Positions 11,472 through 23,149 of a DNA stretch of 64,000 nucleotides are shown one piece after another. The translations under genes were made by a program, and so were the position numbers. The first letter of the stretch is position 1; each line of letters opens with the position of its first letter. The stretch covers positions 81,902,001-81,966,000 of the forward strand of contig NC_135886.1 of NCBI RefSeq assembly GCF_964194155.1. Direction: 5' to 3'. Under the pieces are notes generated by a model. The model saw nothing but the letters and a program-made list of their open reading frames with translations, did no database searches and was not told the DNA's origin. Source of the DNA: Cetorhinus maximus. Taxonomy: Eukaryota.

Positions 11472-12810
11472 GTGAGGAATCAAACCGTTTTATAGATGTG
11501 AGAACGTCATGTTTGTAAAGAGAGAAACAGACTTTACTTAAATCTAATTTTTTATTGATTTATTGATAGACATTTTTAGAATTTCTCTAATAATACATAA
11601 TATTTTACATCCAACAATATTTGTGTGGATCCTTCTTGAATTACTGTTTACTTTCCCAATTGTTTCTGTAGTTATTCTTTGATTGTCTGAAACTTCCTTT
11701 TGTTGAGGATCATTAAAAGAATTGCTCTTTAAACCACAGGATGAGCCACCCATGAATAACTTCTAGAGTAATGGGAACAAAGTGCAGGGACTAACATTAG
11801 CTCCGCTGCTTAAAAAGGAAAAATGCTTCAAGAATGTACTGCCCCATCATTTCTCTCCAATTTTTTTCCCTCCTCCACCTAGACATATGGCACCTTAATT
11901 CTTCCACATCAGCCTTTGGCTGAGCAAATGAATGCCAAGTGGAGCAATCTACAGAGAAACCCCATAAATTGGAATTCGAAAAGTTAGAAAAAAATAGATG
12001 TAATTTCTGTATGTCTTAAGGTAGGTAATCTACACAGGACTGACCAGCCACCTCCTTTAATGCAAATCTCTGAAAAATATATATCTTGAGTAAAAGAATA
12101 TGCTTCAAATTTCATTTTTTAAATATGTTTCTTCTCTTGTTATGAAATAAATGCTTTTTACTGATGTTTTAAGTATGGATTCTAGACATTTGTGTCCACA
12201 TTTTTATTGCAAAACCCCTGAAAATCCACCAACTCTGTTTCCTGATTTCCTCCTCCTCAGCTCCTGCCTTTCGATTTTGCTGCTTCAGGGGGTAATTCTG
12301 ATCTCTTGAAAGGAATAAACATGAGAAGAACTGAGAAGGGGGAATGGGGAAGAGTGTCAAAAAGTTAGGTGCAGGATAAATATATGTGCCAGCATGAAGT
12401 AGCAGTGGAGAAAAGATTAATAAGCAACATTCAATGAAACAATTTAACAAGCAGATGTATAGCAACAGAGACCAAAATATCTCCACAATGGCCTACTATA
12501 TCGCTGCAAGAAAGGAAGGAAATTCCTGTAATTTTTGCCACCATCTTCTGCAATTTTTCAATGGCCTTGCTTATATGCCATGTTTTGACACCTGGCTGAT
12601 TATTCTATGAGCAAATATTTGACAACAGAGTGGGGTTCAGTGGGACAAATAAAATTATAGTTTATTTGAACTTAGCATCAGATTTTTAAAAAGAGACCCA
12701 TTAAACATTAAGATTTGCAGAGTGCTGTTAGCCCATTAAATCTGCAGTCTTCCTTCACCCTTACATCAGAAGGTGTTGTTAACCTCCTTTAATTTTATTC
12801 CTCTTAACAG

Positions 12811-12979
12811 ACAGTATTTGGAGACAAATGGCATTTTGGACACAGCCTATCGCCTCCAGAAGCAACTCGATGGCTCAGTGGCATTGCCTGTGCTTTGCAA
12901 TAAACTCAGTCAGCTCCACCCTCTCAACCTGGGTGATACTGTGGCTCCAGGAAGTACTTGCACTTTCACAAAAATGAAG
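12811..12979 (+). CDS. TRMT12: TYW2 coding exon 2
   Basis: QYLETNGILDTAYRLQKQLDGSVALPVL..VAPGSTCTFTKMK. Acceptor ttaacag, donor gtagga, 169 nt. Confidence 0.93.
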
Positions 12980-13966
12980 GTAGGATTTCCCTCCCCACTG
13001 GCATACCCAACAGCTCGAGTGTTTGAGCTTTCACAAATGTTGGAATAACAAAGGCTTGGAAAGCGATTGCAAGGAACTGGTGTATCATTTGGCAGTTGCT
13101 TTGAGAAATAACTCAAGCAAGGTAAATTTATGAACTGTATACAATAAATACACTAGCATACACGTAACCCACAAAGTTTGCAAACCAAATTGGTGAAAAG
13201 TGGATGACTTAGTTCCTGTTCATCACTATTAGCATCATATATGTAACAGCATTAATTTGATTTGTTCAGAATAAAGAAAAATTAACATTTTGGTGAGTTT
13301 CATTCATGGCGAATGTTCTAAATATGGAGCTCCTGTCAGTTTACACTGTGGTGGGACACACTACTTAACTTGCCATGAAGAAAAAAGCAAGGCTTTTGTT
13401 TACCCTCCTTGTCATTACATAGCCTCAGTTCCTTCAGTGACTTATTGAGTGTCACTAATTCAAAGATCAGGGACAGAATTTTTAGCTCGGTGGCGGGCAG
13501 GCGCCCAACTCACTTGAGTGTTAAATAAAGCACGTTGACATTGGCCAAGCGTGCCGACATCAATGCGCACTCTCCCGATATTTCACTAGGCAGACGCGCA
13601 ATGGAGACAGAGACACGCCCACCATTAATTAAGTGGCCAGTTAGGGCCCTTGAGAGACCAATTGTCTCCAATTTTACGTAGCCCATGCGATTTTTAGGCT
13701 GTCGCATGGGCAGGCAACAATTTGCAAAACCTCGTCCACGGGCGGGATAAGAGGGGTCTGTGGCCTTGTCAAAGTGATTAGTGAGGAGTGCAGGATATCA
13801 TGCTGCTGGTTGCTTCTGTGAACAGGACAGCTTCATTTCGCTTCAGAGCTGCATTCAGAGAATTTCGAGGCTTCAGTACAGGACTCAGTGTTGTTTTCCA
13901 GGCTGCCGGAGGATTCACACCGCATGGGCCCTTCCAAGTATCAGACTGTCTTCCCTCACCCTGGTA

Positions 13967-15247
13967 ATGGGGATTGTGGTCTCCACTGGAGGCACATCCT
14001 CTGAGGAGGAGATAACCTGCCGAGCTAAAAATTCTGTCCCTGATCTTCCTCTGAGGAGGAAGAGAGGGCTAGAAGGGAGAAGAGACCCGGTGTCCCTATG
14101 CAGCTTCCATGGGAGCGATGTGTGGGAGGAGAGGCACAGGCACAAGGGGCGCAGAGGCAACAGGAAGTCCAAGGGGGAAGGGGCCGCAGAAGATGCCACT
14201 ATCCTGCTGCCAGGGTTTACAGGAGGGGATGCAGCTACCTCAGTATGTCCAAGGTGCAATGCCAAAGGAGGCTCCGCCTTTCAAGGGAGACAGTGACCTC
14301 CATTTGTCAGAGGATCGGCCCTGAGATCAGCTCCGACTATGTGGGTGGACACCCCATGCCAGTGGCACTAAGGGTCACAGTGACCCTCAACTTCTATGCC
14401 TCTGTCTCTTTCCAGAGGTCAGTGGTGGATCTGTGTGGAGTGTCTCAATCAGCTGTCCACAGTTGCTGAAAGATAGTGACAGAAGCTCTGTTCAGCCGTA
14501 CATTGACTTTCATTCATTTCTGCACGGACGAGGCCAGCCAGGCTGAGCGAGCCAGAGGCTTTGCAGCAATTGCTGGGTTCCCCCACGTCCGGGGTGCAAT
14601 CGACTGCACACATGTGGCCATCAAGGCGCCAGCGGATGAGCCGGGTGCCTTCGTCAACAGGAAGGGATTCCACCCCATGAACGTGCAGAAAGTGTGTGAC
14701 CACAGGATGCAGACTCTGCAAGTGTGTGCAAGGTACCCTGGCAGCTCCCATGATGTTTACTTCCCAAGGCACTCCTAAGTCTTGAGGTTCTTCAGTGCTC
14801 CAGCCCGACTGGATAGATGGCTGCTGGATGACGATGACTATCCCCTCAAAAGGTGGCTCATGACGCCTCTGCCACCTAAGAACAGAAACCGAGCAGCGGT
14901 ACAACAGGAGCCATGCCTCCACAAGGGCGGTGTTAGAGAGAGCCATAGGTATTTTCAAGATGCGCTTCCGATGTCTGGACCATTCAGAGGTGCACTGCAG
15001 TACCCCCCAGACTGTGTCACTGATAGTGGTTGCATGCTGCGCTCTCCACAATCTGGCACTGGCAAGAGGGGATGCAGTGGAGGAAGAAGATCTTGACGCA
15101 GTTGCACAGGCAACAGATGATGAGTCCAGTAGTGAGTCTGAGGACGAGCACGTTGAGGAGATCACTGAGGTCATACACGCAGACTTGGGTAACCTACAAG
15201 GAGGCAGCGACATCCGGGAGACTTTGATCCAACGCTCCTTCAGCTAG
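13967..15247 (+). pseudogene. Harbinger (HARBI1-like) DDE transposase with stops and frameshifts
   Basis: LNFYAS.SFQ, GFPHVRGAIDCTHVAI, NRKGFH, YPGSSHD, WLL.D..YPL..WLMTP, LERAIGIFKMRFRCLD, CCALHN. In-frame stops at 14467 and 14776. Confidence 0.92.
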
Positions 15248-15703
15248 ACTACCAAGTAAGAACCACCGCCACATGCCAGGGCGGCAGGCCCCATACTCGA
15301 TCCCTGACAGGACCATTTCCTTGGTCAACAACATACACTACGTGCCTTTGCAATAAAGTTTCAGGAGACACACTTTGAAACATTGCTGAAATTAACATTA
15401 TCCATGAAAAAATGTAAAGAAAAATGGGAGAACAAAATATCACGGACTGGCGTGGGAACCCCACACCACCTCATCCTCACACGTTACGAGCAGGAGGCCC
15501 TGGAGCTGGAGAGACACAATGCACCTTGGTCAAGCGGCCGCAGTGAGGTTGGGGTGCCAGAGGAAAGTAAGAGTGCAGTGCACTGAGGTGAGAATGTCTG
15601 TTATTGCAATCATTCCATTATAATCTCTATATTGATGTGAGCCTCAAACCTGGAATCTCCATCGATAATCGAAAGATGAGGGCACCAATAGGCCGTGTTG
15701 TGC

Positions 15704-17540
15704 TTAAGATACTTTTAAGTTTTCACTTGCGAGTGCTACGTCCAGGTGCTCCTCCCTCTCTGTCACTGGCATTGGAGACAGCCTGCTCACTCTGTTGTCT
15801 TGTTGGTCTTGATGACCTTGGCGGGCGTCCTCTGACCTATGGAGCCTGTGCTGGCCCCGCATGGGAAGGAACGACCAGTGCCACGGCTGACATCTCCCCA
15901 GTTGCCACAGCCTCATCAGATGCCATGTCATTGGCAGAGGGGTGGAGGAGCTGCTGCTGTCATCTGGAGTGCTCTGAGTGGAGCCCGCAGAGACGACAGG
16001 CAGTTCGTGCGCCAACGTGAGGTCGCTCTGGACCTCCCTGCTCACCATTGATGGACGGGCACCTAACTGGGTGCCCAGCTGAGGTCATTGCCGGTGTGGG
16101 GGCTTGCAGGTCCGAGTGCATCCACAGGAACCCCTGATTGAGCCCCTGGAGGAACCTCTCCATGAGAGTCGCCACTCTCTCCATGGAGGAGGCATTGGCT
16201 CATCCATGAGGCTCAACACAGTGCTTATGTTCCGCAAGGACTTCTCTGCAATGGACACCATGACACACATTCCCTCATGTATCTCCACCAGATCCTCCTG
16301 CACCCTGCTGCACATCCAGCATCTGCTGCCTCATGGACGACTCCACAGACCCATCAGTAGCCATCGACTGAGCTTTGCCCTGGTCCCCAGCAGTCCTCCA
16401 ACTGCTGGTGCCCTGGGCACTCTCTGCCTCCACTTACACCTCAAGTAAGTATGAAGTGCCCTCACCAATGTGCACCGATATTCTAGACGGTGATCTTATG
16501 CCCACCGAGGTGTTGGTATCTGCGCTGGTGCCTGCTTCACGGAGAGGGTGTGGTGCAGTTGCATGGTGAGCGTGGTGGTGGTCCTCAGGGGTCAGGGGTG
16601 GGCCTTCACGCTTCTCATGACGACTGCTTGCTGGTGAACCTAAAAGGGAGAAGAAGGACATGTCATTAGTTTAAGTCATGACACTGTCACTGTGCATGCC
16701 TAGCACCCTGATGAGACTGAGATATGCACCATGGTGCCCTCGTGTTTTGATTATCAATGGGGATTCCAGGCTCGAGGCTCACATCAATATAGAGATTACA
16801 CTGGAATGGTTGCATTAATGGACATTCTTACCTCAGTGCACTGCACTCTTACCTTCCTCTGGCACCCCAACTTCACTGTGGTCGCTTGACCAAGGTGCAT
16901 GGCATCTCTCCAGCTCCAGGGCCTCCTGCTCATAGCGCGTGAAGATGAGGAGGTGTGGGGGTCCCCCATCAGTCTGTGACCTCTCAATATTGTTATGGGA
17001 TGTTTTCTCCTGAAAGGACAGAGGAGCATTGATTAGTCCACTCTCTACCTGCAGCGCCATTGCAGCCTGGCCAACCCCACCTGAGGAATACCTTGCAGGG
17101 CACAGCTGATTCGTGACCCTGGAGCCACAAGGCACTCAGTCCAAGTAGCCAGGGTTCACCTCCTTGGCCAGATCCTGCCTCATTGAAATTTGCCACTCGC
17201 ACTGTAACACCTCTGAGGTCCACTGGGGACTGGGCAGCTCTTACCTGTTCTGCAAAATGACCCATGCCAACATGGTACTCACCCTTCCCGATCGCAGGAG
17301 ATCAGTAAAGTGCTTCCGGCACGGCACTCATGTGCCCCTCACCACGTCGTGGCTGCTGACCCCAGATGCCACCACATCCCAGGCCTTTTTGGTGAGGTGG
17401 GGGGCCTCCTCCTCCCGTCCCTGGGTACAAGGGTTTCTCTCCTCACTGCCACTTCGTCCAGGGGGTCAGTGGGGCACGCCTGAAAAACGCAGGGCTGACC
17501 TGCCCTCCTGCCTGCCGTGTCCACCTGCAATGGATTCCAC
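15704..17540 (-). pseudogene. Harbinger Myb/SANT-like DNA-binding protein gene, 3 exons (17540-17283, 17009-16853, 16639-~15704), decayed
   Basis: Exon 1 reads LRFS..LDEVAVRRETLVP..KKAWDVVASGVS..CRKHFTDLLRSGR. GT-AG sites give consistent phases 0 and 1. Stops and frameshifts present. Confidence 0.75.
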
Positions 17541-18378
17541 TGTGCCAACTTCAGCGTCCTTTCGTGGCAGCCTTCCAGGGGCGGCCAAGGCTGCTTTTGA
17601 AATCGGCCACCGGGTCGCCATTGGACCCGGTGGACATCATGCCCCCGCCCCCCTGCCCCTTCTCGCTCATTCACAAGCCGCGTATCATGCTGGGCAGGCC
17701 TTAATTGGCCTGCCAGCATAAAGTTGCAGAGTGCTGCCTATCGCAGGCAACGGTCAGCTTCCCAACTGCCCCTGCCGATCCTGCACGCCAAGGGCAAAAT
17801 TCTGCCCCAGGTGAATCTTTAATCTGTGCTGTGTTTTCTGATACAGCTGGGGTAGCAACTGAGGTCTTGCAGTTATGGAGGAATGCTTTCAACTCCTGAT
17901 TTGTATCCACAATGACTTGCTGGAAATTGATTGTATATAGGAGCGTGAAATGAGAATATGAACAGGCTTGGCTGATCAGGATGGCCTCAGTAGCTGAGTA
18001 CCAGTTGGTATTACTTATCTGGGCTCACACATGAAAAATGACATTGGAGTGTTGCCTAAAAGTGCGAAATTGTACCCAGATAAGAGTCAATGTTTTCCAG
18101 AGTAAGGGGGAAAAAACACGTCTGGCATGGTGGTGAGTGCTCTTTATTTAATGGAGCATTAGTTAAACAGGAAAGTAGCATGAATGAAGGCATGGAAGTA
18201 TGGCCAGTACTATGGTGATAACCTCTAGCCAATTTCCTACCTAGTGGACAGCAGACAATTATGTTGCAGTAAATAACTGACCTCTTTTAGTAACTTCAAT
18301 TCTGTTTTAAATATATCTCCTATAATCAATTGTTATATGCACCTGCTTTTCTCTCAGTACTGCTTCCTAATCTTTCAG

Positions 18379-18577
18379 AACCCAATATCATCCAAGAAGT
18401 CTTCAGTAAAATCCTGCCACCAACGACTACAGGAGGAGCTCTCTGAGTTAGTGAAGCGTAGTGGAGTGCTGTGGAATGACCAACTGAGTCACGACCTGCC
18501 TCAAGTGTGGAAGAGACACGGTGACATGATTGTTCTGAATGAAAATGCATTCCAGGCAGATATCTGGAAAACATTGG
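18379..18577 (+). CDS. TRMT12: TYW2 coding exon 3
   Basis: NPISSKK..DLPQVWKRHGDMIVLNENAFQADIWKTL. Acceptor ctttcag, donor gtaaga, 199 nt. Confidence 0.95.
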
Positions 18578-19007
18578 GTAAGACTTGAGGCACAAACTGT
18601 TTGTAGAGAACATTGCATCATAAATTATTCTGGTAACCTCAGTCCTAGGGATATTACTGTGATTTTTCTTTGGATTATCTTTTTGCTAACTCACTATATT
18701 TTCTTTCCTCCTCAATTCACTCACTAGACAAGGTCAGCAAAGAGTGTCCACCAATGCTTTCCTCAACTGGTCTTTGGCATGCAGCCAGGAATCTGCTAAT
18801 ATGTTTTTCTTTCTTGAGGGACCTCTGCATTGCTATGTAGCTGAGAGCAGTAATGAATGACTAAACCACTGCCCAAACTATATGAGCAAATTTATAAAAG
18901 TCACAATTGGATAATTTGCACAAACATACTTACTTACCTCCTCCGACTTTTTTCTCATGCTTTGGAACTGCAAAGGTAAAGTGCAGTGTGCGGCCTCATG
19001 CACCATT

Positions 19008-19316
19008 GGCGAGGTGGTGGCATAATAGTATTGTCACTGGACTAGTATTCCAAAGACCCAGGGTAATGTTCTGGGGACCTGGGTTCGAATCCCACCATGG
19101 CAGATGGTGAAATTTGAATTCAGTAAAAGTCTGGAATTAAGAAATGACCATTGCTGATTGTTATTAAAACCCATCTGGCTCAATAAAGTCCTTTAGTGAA
19201 GGAAATCCGCTGTCCTTACCTAGTCTTGCCTACATGTGTCTCCAGCAATGTGGGCAATTAGGGATGGGCAATAAATGCTGGCATAGCCAGTGATGCCCAT
19301 GAACAAATAAAAAAAA
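19008..19316 (+). mobile_element. tRNA-derived SINE (same family as 569-945)
   Basis: B box GGTTCGAATCC, shared body and tail, A-rich end. Confidence 0.85.
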
Positions 19317-19693
19317 TATTTTCTTCACTGCATTGTGCATCCAGCTGGATACAAGAATAATGCCATCACATAATATTGGAGCAAATAGCAAGTTGGAACC
19401 TCAGATGGGTGAAAATATAGCCGGGGTATAAGGTATACTCGTATCTATTTATTTTCACTAAAATTAGTGGAGGGTAAAAAATACAAGCCCAGGTGCTTTG
19501 TTGCAGGGATGGAATAAAGATCAGTCAGAATCATGCTTCAGCTGCTCTTGACCATTTGCTAACGATCCTTGGGTAGCCCATGTCGAGGCCTGGAAGGTAC
19601 ACAATCCCAGAAATGGTGAGAGATAAAAATGATATTTTTGATACAAACCAATCTATTTTTGATCAACAAAGACAAATAAATCCCTTTAGATGC

Positions 19694-20705
19694 TGTCAAT
19701 GACAGAATTTAGGTGTTTTAATGTGTGAGGTTAGTACGTATTTCTTTCCCCTCAGAGTGGTTGTCCCAATTTAAATTATTTCCAGCAGCAAGCTTTCGTG
19801 GATTTGAAAAATAAAGATTATTTATTGTCACACACTTGCCCTGGAGGTTTTAACATGATGTCACATGCTACCACACATGTGCGCGCACACACACAGAGCA
19901 ATGAGATACAGATTAAGAAGAAAACAATACAATTACAAGTTGCACTGATTTCAGTCTCTTTCATAGCAGGCCTGTAGTTTCTCAGTTGAATTGATAATTT
20001 AGTTGGAGTGGCAGTCTTGAAAAGCAGTGGAATCTCAGTAAGCTGCGATGCTTCTTGTCGTCAAATTTCCAGGATGCTGCTTCTCAGATGAATTTGAAGT
20101 CAGAACAGGTTAGGGGGAGATTCCTTTTCCCTCTTTCAAGGTTTTACCTTGGCTGCGCTATCTTGCAGCTGGTTCGATGGCTTTTCAGATGATGTTTCTG
20201 ATTTGAACAGCTTCTGCTGTTATTTTTTTTTTAAAAAGATAACAAACTTGGGCTACCTTAAATCATGTGACTAATTACAGGTCCAAAATTGTCCTCCTAG
20301 AAAAGAGTAGTGGGCTGTTTTTCTTCATATCCTGTGTTTTAGCCTTTCGCACATTGAGAGCTTTTGAGAAAGCCAAGGTCGTTTTAATTGAGTGACCCGT
20401 TCAATTCAAATTACTGTTTGAATGCCTTTCATGAATAGGACAATGAGTTTTGATTGCTCTTATGGGCCGGGATGACAGATTGGCTGATATGTGATAGCTT
20501 CGTTTTGTTTACAGTTCATCCTTGACAAAAAAATTTGAGTTTCACAAGTAGCTGAGATTGTTCATATTTTAATGAGATATTTGCTGGGTTTCTGTTCTGT
20601 CTGGAGTCGATAATGCCAAAGTCACATGATATGTTGTCACCCATCTTAAAAATTGTTGTGTCAATTTTAAAAATATAGTTTTAAAACTCGTAATATCTTC
20701 ATGCC
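19694..20705. mobile_element. Possible solo LTR
   Basis: Begins TGTCA and resembles other solo LTRs here in composition and layout. Ends and TSD unclear. Confidence 0.3.
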
Positions 20706-21044
20706 TGCACTGGAGATGAAAGATGCTTAAAAAGACTTCAGTTGCTCAATATATAAAATATATATAAAATATAGTATGCTATTACACTCAAGGGGCAGAA
20801 TTTAATCCAGGCGACGGGGGTCTGGCAGAGCAGAGACAGAGAAAATAAAATCAGGTAAAGTCTCCATGTGCTTTGTCTATAACCTTAGCTGCAGAGTGAT
20901 TCATGACATGGGGGCTGAAATGAAGGGAGGCAAATAGAGTTAAGTAACATGAAATTCAAAAGCTGTTATTTTTATTGATCCTTGACATAGAACTAAATTA
21001 ACTTTAAAAATGCCCTGGCTTTATCTTTGTTCCTTGTGTTGCAG

Positions 21045-21195
21045 AGCCAGAAGTATGGATGGTGGTTGCTAATGCACTTGGAGCAAAACGCATTGCAAAA
21101 GCTGGCAGAGTATCAGCTGATGGCTTTCGGACTCCAAAGGTGACTTTACTGCTGGGGGATGATGCCTGGGTTCACCACATTGACAACAGCATCAG
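21045..21195 (+). CDS. TRMT12: TYW2 coding exon 4
   Basis: (E)PEVWMVVANALGAKRIAKAGRVSADGFRTPKVTLLLGDDAWVHHIDNSI(R). Acceptor gttgcag, donor gtcaga, 151 nt. Translated by hand. Confidence 0.95.
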
Positions 21196-21752
21196 GTCAG
21201 AGCAGAATAAATAAACTTCAATTACAACCCAACTCCCAAAGAACTTAAAAGTTCATTGTATGCACAGGCAACATTGCTAATAAGTGTAGGTGCCCTGACT
21301 GGCTTTTTCTCAGTGATGATCCTTATGTGTGTAAAATAAATTTATTCCATAAATTAAACAGACTTTAGTAATTGTGGTACAACATAGTGTCTTGCACTTC
21401 ACAGAGGCAGGAAAAGATTTAACCTGAGATTCTTCTGACTTCTATATCTCAACTGTGGAGATGAAAATGGTCTATGCCAGCAACATGAAACAAGCTCAAA
21501 GCAAATTGGTGACTGATTTTTCAACATGCCAGTTTTTATTATTCATTGATTTGGAAAATGTTTGCCAAGATTTTTAATTTCAAACCAAGTAAATGTGACC
21601 ATTGGACTAGGAAATGATTTCCAAAAAGAGTTGAACTATCATTGTGAACTTAAATGGAAAGAAGATTGGGTGCAGTGAAAAATCAGTTGCTGATTTGCTA
21701 TAAGATGCTGGCATTGACCAAATTCACCCCCTGTATCTTTAGGAGAGACTAT

Positions 21753-22434
21753 GGCTAGGATTTTTCAGTCGGCATGCGGGGGCAGGCCCGACACGCCGGC
21801 GCGTAAAATGACATCGGGCATGCGTCCCGACGTCATCACGCTGTCTCGCGATGTTTCGTTTGGCGAACGCGCACCGATAATTAAAAATCCTGTTAAGGCC
21901 ATTCACGAATTAATTAATGTTAAGTTAACGCTGCCCGTCCAACTTTACGGTTGGTTGGTTGGTTGGTTGGTGGGCAGGCGAAAAGGCCAAGCGGCCTTTA
22001 CATTTTTTAGGAAACCTCATCCACGAGCGGGATTAGGTTTCCTAAAGCTTTTATGAATTAAATAAAAAGTTTCCCTGAAAAATAAAAATATGTCCCATCT
22101 CATGTGACACAGTCACGTGAGGGGACATGCTTCATTGAATTTTTATTGATTTTATTCATTATTTTCAAAAGCTCTTCAATCTCCCTGAGGCAGCTCCGTG
22201 CCTCAGGGAGATTGAAGCGCTCTTTCGCATGCATACGCAAAAGAGCACTGGCCCCAACTCTCCCTCCTCCCCCTGCTCGCACAGGTAGCGCTGAGTGCTA
22301 CCACTCACATATTACACTGGGTGGGCCTTAATTGGCCCACCTGCATAAAATGACAATGCTCACCTGATCACGGACAGCGGTCAGATTCCCGACTGCACCT
22401 GTCAAGCCCACCGGACGCGGGAAAAATTCTGCCC
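21753..22434 (+). mobile_element. Harbinger-type MITE
   Basis: Ends GGCTAGGATTTTT / AAAAATTCTGCCC, TSD TAT. Internal similarity to copies at 36.2, 53.2 and 61.3 kb. Confidence 0.85.
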
Positions 22435-23149
22435 TATGAATAGAGGTCAAGAAGTTCCTACATCGGGAAAGACAATAATTGCACAGTGACTCACCCATGG
22501 CCTCTATTGTGTTAACTTGTAGCTGAAAGTTGAGAGTAGTACAGTATGGTACAAGTGCAGTTAAACATGTAAGGACAAAAAATAGAGAAATGATTCGATG
22601 AGAAGCAGAACCTTAAAAACAGTGTTCCATTATACAATATAGTGCGGTGGAGAAATAAATGGACCAATTATTCAAAGTTGGCAGTGTGATCCAGCATTAA
22701 TGTATGGTGCCATGTAATGATGGGGTGAAATTTCAGTTTCACACATTGAGTTGTGATTTTTAACAAGACCTGAAGCAACAGCTAAGTGTTTCCTTACTAG
22801 CAGGAAGGAAGTGAGGGTTATCTTCAGCCCCTTCCCCCAATGGTCAGTTTCTGCATTGGTAGATTTAGGGAAGCAAGTTGTTTTTCCATGCACTTGTGTA
22901 CAGTTGGACTGTGGAAGACTAAGTGAGAAAAAATGCGGCAGAAAAGGAATGAGTTTACCTCAAGTGAGCAGACAGACATTTTATCTTTAAAAATCATGAA
23001 CAATCTATCCACCAGCAGCAAGTCAAAGTGATCATGGAGAAATATGACCCTGAACCTGAGACTGCATGCTGAAGAAAGATTTTTACCAGAAATGATGAGC
23101 AACTATGTAATTACTGTAAAGTCTCTTAACAACCTTTTTTCTTTAAGTC

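Larger units (their letters stand above)
13471..17807. mobile_element. PIF/Harbinger DNA transposon, near full length, decayed
   Basis: TIRs GGACAGAATTTT / AAAATTCTGCCC, 3-bp TSD CAG (13468-70, 17808-10), and convergent transposase and Myb/SANT-like genes. Confidence 0.92.

Noticed and set aside
14449-15213. 254-aa minus-strand ORF as a novel gene
   Set aside because: Antisense shadow of the GC-rich transposase frame with no recognisable domain.
13967-15247. Domesticated HARBI1 gene
   Set aside because: Contains in-frame stops and frameshifts and is bounded by TIRs and a TSD. It is a decayed transposon copy.
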